The position numbers and the translations under genes were made by a program. A stretch of DNA of 20,000 bases, taken from IMG/VR virus record IMGVR_UViG_3300020219_000001. One strand, given 5' to 3'. This document shows, piece after piece, positions 16,780 to 20,000 of this stretch. This DNA comes from an uncultured virus (IMG/VR IMGVR_UViG_3300020219_000001) (lineage: Duplodnaviria; Heunggongvirae; Uroviricota; Caudoviricetes). Positions within the stretch are counted from its first letter, which is position 1, and every line of letters starts with the position of its first letter. The notes under the pieces are model-generated. The model was given only the letters and a program-made list of their open reading frames with translations. It ran no database searches and had not been told where the DNA came from.

Positions 16780-17051
16780 CCTGGACGCATGATGGCAGCA
16801 CCTAAACCGCCTAGCAGCATGGACTTAGCCATATTGACGGTAGTTTGATGGTTCGGCCCGCCGGTCCAGAATGGTAACCGGTTCGGTGAGAGGTGGATGG
16901 CCGCCAAGGTGAGGCTCGATCCGGCCCGGCCGCGGCCGAGAATTTTGGCGACAAACCGAATTTGACTCGGTTAGAAATCCAGCCCGGTTACACCACTTAT
17001 AGGGTTTGCACACGGTTAGAAATCGAGGCCCCGGCTGGACCCCGGGGGGTC

Positions 17052-17240
17052 GGCACAACCGCTACAACCGCTACAGCCTCGACAATCGGTACAATCCACA
17101 CAATCGGTAAAATCCGAACATCCGGCACAACCGGACCTGGCGGTAGGACCGGAACATTCGGAGCATCCGGAGCATCCAGGATAACCGGAACCCGCCGCGG
17201 AATCGGAACAATCGTCAAAATCGGTACTGACGGTCGGGAT
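17052..17240. repeat. degenerate 9-bp tandem repeat (about 21 units)
   Basis: GGCACAACC GCTACAACC GCTACAGCC TCGACAATC GGTACAATC ...; consensus approximately GGNACAAYC. Confidence 0.75.
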
Positions 17241-17287
17241 CGCTACAACCCGCGCGATGATCCCAACCGTCAAAACCGATTCAAGCC

Positions 17288-17797
17288 GCAAGCGCCGCGA
17301 CGGCCGCTGATCGGCAGCGACTCGCGAGCGACGGCCGCTGATCGGCAGCGACTCGCGACCAGGTGAGCACCTCGACCGTCGCGGGAAGATCGGCAGCAAG
17401 CGCCGACGGCCGCGACCAGGTGAGCGCCGACGGCCGCTGATCTTCCGCACCTCGACCAGGGCGCAGCACCTCGACCAGGTGAGCGCCGCGACGGCCGCGA
17501 CCAGGTGAGCACCTCGACCAGCGACGGCCGCTGATCTTCCCTCGACCGTCGCGAGCACCTCGACCAGGTGAGCGCCGACGGCCGCTGATCTTCCGCACCT
17601 CGACCAGGGCGCAGCACCTCGACCAGGGCGCAGCACCTCGACCGTCGCGGGGAAGATCGGCAGCAAGCGCCGACGGCCGCGACCAGGTGAGCACCTCGAC
17701 CAGCGACGGCCGCGACCAGGTGAGCGCCGACGGCCGCCGCTGATCGGCAGCGACTCGCGACCAGGGCGCAGCACCTCGACCAGGTGAGCGCCGCGAC
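17288..17797. repeat. mosaic repeat array 1
   Basis: Shuffled exact words GCACCTCGACC, AGGTGA, AGGGCGCA, CGACGGCCGC, TGATCTTCC, GGAAGATCGGCAGC, GACTCGCGA. Confidence 0.9.
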
Positions 17798-17801
17798 TAG
17801 C

Positions 17802-17990
17802 TTAGATAGTGGCAAGATCGACCCTCGCGCGTTTGGCATTTTCGGCACGACTCCACAATAGAGCATAAGCGCCACATTCGGAAATGAGCCGGCGCGTCGC
17901 GCCGCAAAATCGGCCGCGCTTGAATAACGGGCGCATCTCGTTTTTCAGGTAGAACACTCCCCGCCGTAAATCCCGTTCGATGTCCGACAT
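17802..17990 (-). CDS. small basic hypothetical protein
   Basis: ATG overlaps the amidoligase stop (TAATG); GGAGG upstream on the minus strand. Confidence 0.55.
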   Translation of the reverse strand: MSDIERDLRRGVFYLKNEMRPLFKRGRFCGATRRLISECGAYALLWSRAENAKRARVDLATI

Positions 17991-19294
17991 TAGGCAACCT
18001 CCTCACAGATGGAATAATTGGTCCCAAACTTACAGGCCCGCTGACGGTAAAATTCCGTCAATTCATCATCGCCCCAAATCTCGGCAAGCTTGGCAAACCA
18101 GGCACGATCGTCAAGACGCCACAAGGCGCACACTTCGTCACAGGTGAGCTTGCTGAAGTAATCGACAAACTTGACATGCGCGACAACCCAGTTGCAAACC
18201 TTACCACCGTCAAGAGTCGCAGTATGCAGACGAACCTCAAAGGTGTTGTGAACGGCATAGGCCGCAAAATTCACCCAACGGTAACGAGGCTGAGAAGCGG
18301 CCCAACCCTCCCATTCGGAATCTTCCATCGTTTGCATATCATCGGCAGACCAGTCAAATTGCTTGCAGAAGCGATTTTCCCTACGATCCCGATGGACGAA
18401 AGAACCCCACACTTTGGCGCTCATGGCATAAGCGGCACAGACCGCACGCTTGGCTTCGTCGGAAAGATCGGCAGCACCGATATGAAGGTGAAAACCGCAC
18501 CGACTGTCAACGTCGAAAGAACTGGCGTTGTCGCAAAAATCGGAAATGGCCGTCAAACCCCGATCGCCGCGCAGAACCTCAGAGACGAACTCTTTCCCCG
18601 AGATGCTACCATCCTCACAGGCGGTGAAATGGGTCTGGCCGTCAAGATCGGCAATATCGTCGCATTGCGAAGTTTCAAGCTCGACGCCGAATGTGCGGAG
18701 GCTGCCGATTTTAGCGAATGTATCGTCGTCGCGGAATCGGAACTCGCAAGCTTCGCACTCACCATCGGAACTAGGCATACAATCGTCACAATAGCAACAA
18801 CCGTGGCGCTCGTGATAGTTCATGTTGTCACGACTCACCCAGTCGTTACAACCCTCACAGCAGTCATAGTGCTCACTATGGCACTCGTTGCAATAATCGC
18901 TACCATCCTGCCGGACGATGTCATCGGTAACGAAGTAATTATTGCAACATTCGCACTGCGTGAATTTATCGTCAAAACAGGACTCACACCACTTTTCGCC
19001 ACGATACCTGCGACCGTCATGTTCCTTGCAATCGTCAAGATCGCCCACCTCACCACAATCGGTGCAGGTGAAGTAATCGTCACTGCACGACTCACAGATA
19101 CATTCGCCATCTTTGTTAAGATAGTCAAGATCGTCAGAGTCGCCACAATCGGCACAGACGGCATCTTCCGCAGCTTCCGTCACAACCGGCCCCATCGGAG
19201 CGACCGGAGCCATCGGCACTTGACCGACCAACTCGTACAATCCGAACAACTCACCGAATGTGCGTTGTAAGTATGTTTTGCAAGTTTGGCACAT
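17990..19294 (-). CDS. putative amidoligase (COOH-NH2 ligase, Amidoligase_2-like) with N-terminal CxxC zinc-ribbon repeats
   Basis: TFGVELET, EDGSI..EFVS.VL.G, CGFHLHIG, RY.WVN and TFEVRLH.ATL motifs. Start placed at MCQTCK by the shared ACGGG-N10-ATG leader. Confidence 0.85.
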   Translation of the reverse strand: MCQTCKTYLQRTFGELFGLYELVGQVPMAPVAPMGPVVTEAAEDAVCADCGDSDDLDYLNKDGECICESCSDDYFTCTDCGEVGDLDDCKEHDGRRYRGEKWCESCFDDKFTQCECCNNYFVTDDIVRQDGSDYCNECHSEHYDCCEGCNDWVSRDNMNYHERHGCCYCDDCMPSSDGECEACEFRFRDDDTFAKIGSLRTFGVELETSQCDDIADLDGQTHFTACEDGSISGKEFVSEVLRGDRGLTAISDFCDNASSFDVDSRCGFHLHIGAADLSDEAKRAVCAAYAMSAKVWGSFVHRDRRENRFCKQFDWSADDMQTMEDSEWEGWAASQPRYRWVNFAAYAVHNTFEVRLHTATLDGGKVCNWVVAHVKFVDYFSKLTCDEVCALWRLDDRAWFAKLAEIWGDDELTEFYRQRACKFGTNYSICEEVA

Positions 19295-19338
19295 TGTCGC
19301 GACTCCCGTTGCGTTGCGTCCCGTTGCCTTACACTTAC

Positions 19339-19395
19339 AATCTAGGTCGCATCTATTAACTTGCAAGTTACTAGATGCAAGAAACTAGCAAGTTA
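19339..19395 (-). promoter_or_regulatory. variant promoter P7 with two operator-like boxes
   Basis: Minus strand TTGCAA-N16-TAGATT then 5 nt and TGTAAGGCAA, as in P3; boxes CAAGTTACTAG (19364-19374) and CAAGAAACTAG (19378-19388). Confidence 0.6.
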
Positions 19396-19444
19396 GCGCC
19401 TAAGTCTATGCGCCGCTAGGGAATAAAACTTCCGAAATAGTTAG

Positions 19445-20000
19445 CCGATCGGCCGCGCCGACGGCCGCTAGATAGGTGAATGGTCGCGAGCACCTCGACC
19501 AGGTGAGCGCCGACGGCCGCTGATCTTCCGCACCTCGACCAGCGACGGCCGCTGATCGGCCGCGACCAGGTGAGCACCTCGACCGTCGCGGGAAGATCGG
19601 CAGCGACTCGCGACCAGGGCGCAGCACCTCGACCAGGTGAGCGCCGACGGCCGCGACCAGGTGAGCACCTCGACCAGCGACGGCCGCTGATCTTCCCTCG
19701 ACCGTCGCGAGCACCTCGACCAGGGCGCAGCACCTCGACCGTCGCGGGGAAGATCGGCAGCGACTCGCGACCAGGTGAGCACCTCGACCAGGGCGCAGCA
19801 CCTCGACCAGGTGAGCACCTCGACCAGCGACGGCCGCTGATCTTCCCTCGACCGTCGCGGGGAAGATCGGCCGCGACCAGGTGAGCGCCGACGGCCGCTG
19901 ATCTTCCGCACCTCGACCAGCGACGGCCGCTGATCGGCCGCGACCAGGTGAGCACCTCGACCGTCGCGGGAAGATCGGCAGCGACTCGCGACCAGGGCGC
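19445..20000. repeat. mosaic repeat array 2 (runs off the window)
   Basis: Same vocabulary and orientation as array 1; 19645-19724 is identical to 17489-17568. Confidence 0.9.

Noticed and set aside
16343..17060. Short ORFs or tRNA after the last + strand gene
   Set aside because: Low-complexity translations overlapping hairpins; no cloverleaf or T-loop consensus seen.
17016..17875. Minus-strand ORFs of 137-252 aa across array 1 (likewise 19406-19955)
   Set aside because: All three frames are open because the repeat words lack stop codons on that strand; there are no start signals and the peptides are scrambled.
18176..19270. 364 aa + strand ORF
   Set aside because: Antisense shadow of the amidoligase, which has clear family motifs.
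17288..20000. CRISPR array
   Set aside because: No constant repeat with unique spacers, every segment recurs, and there are no cas genes in the window.

Overview
GC-rich, gene-dense window that reads as part of a large bacteriophage genome. No structural genes, tRNAs or CRISPR array are visible. Bases 1-6500 form a translationally coupled + strand run of small genes, including a Rieske-like CxH/CxxH protein, a Mesh1-type HD hydrolase and ThyX, followed by a minus-strand PAS-like/LuxR-HTH regulator. Bases 7690-16342 look like an early or host-takeover region. Six modules of small genes each start with a near-identical 29-bp promoter (TTGACT-N16-CATACTT) whose spacer carries a CWAG-N3-CTWG-type palindrome, usually followed by an ACGGG-N10-ATG leader. 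The region includes a class II glutamine amidotransferase, a RuvA-domain-III-like protein and a candidate structured RNA. Bases 16343-20000 are mostly non-coding: a terminator, an 11-8-11 inverted repeat, a 9-bp periodic tract, and two shuffled-vocabulary repeat arrays. The arrays bracket a minus-strand Zn-ribbon/amidoligase gene that carries the same operator and leader motifs. All family calls are by eye from motifs; no searches were run.
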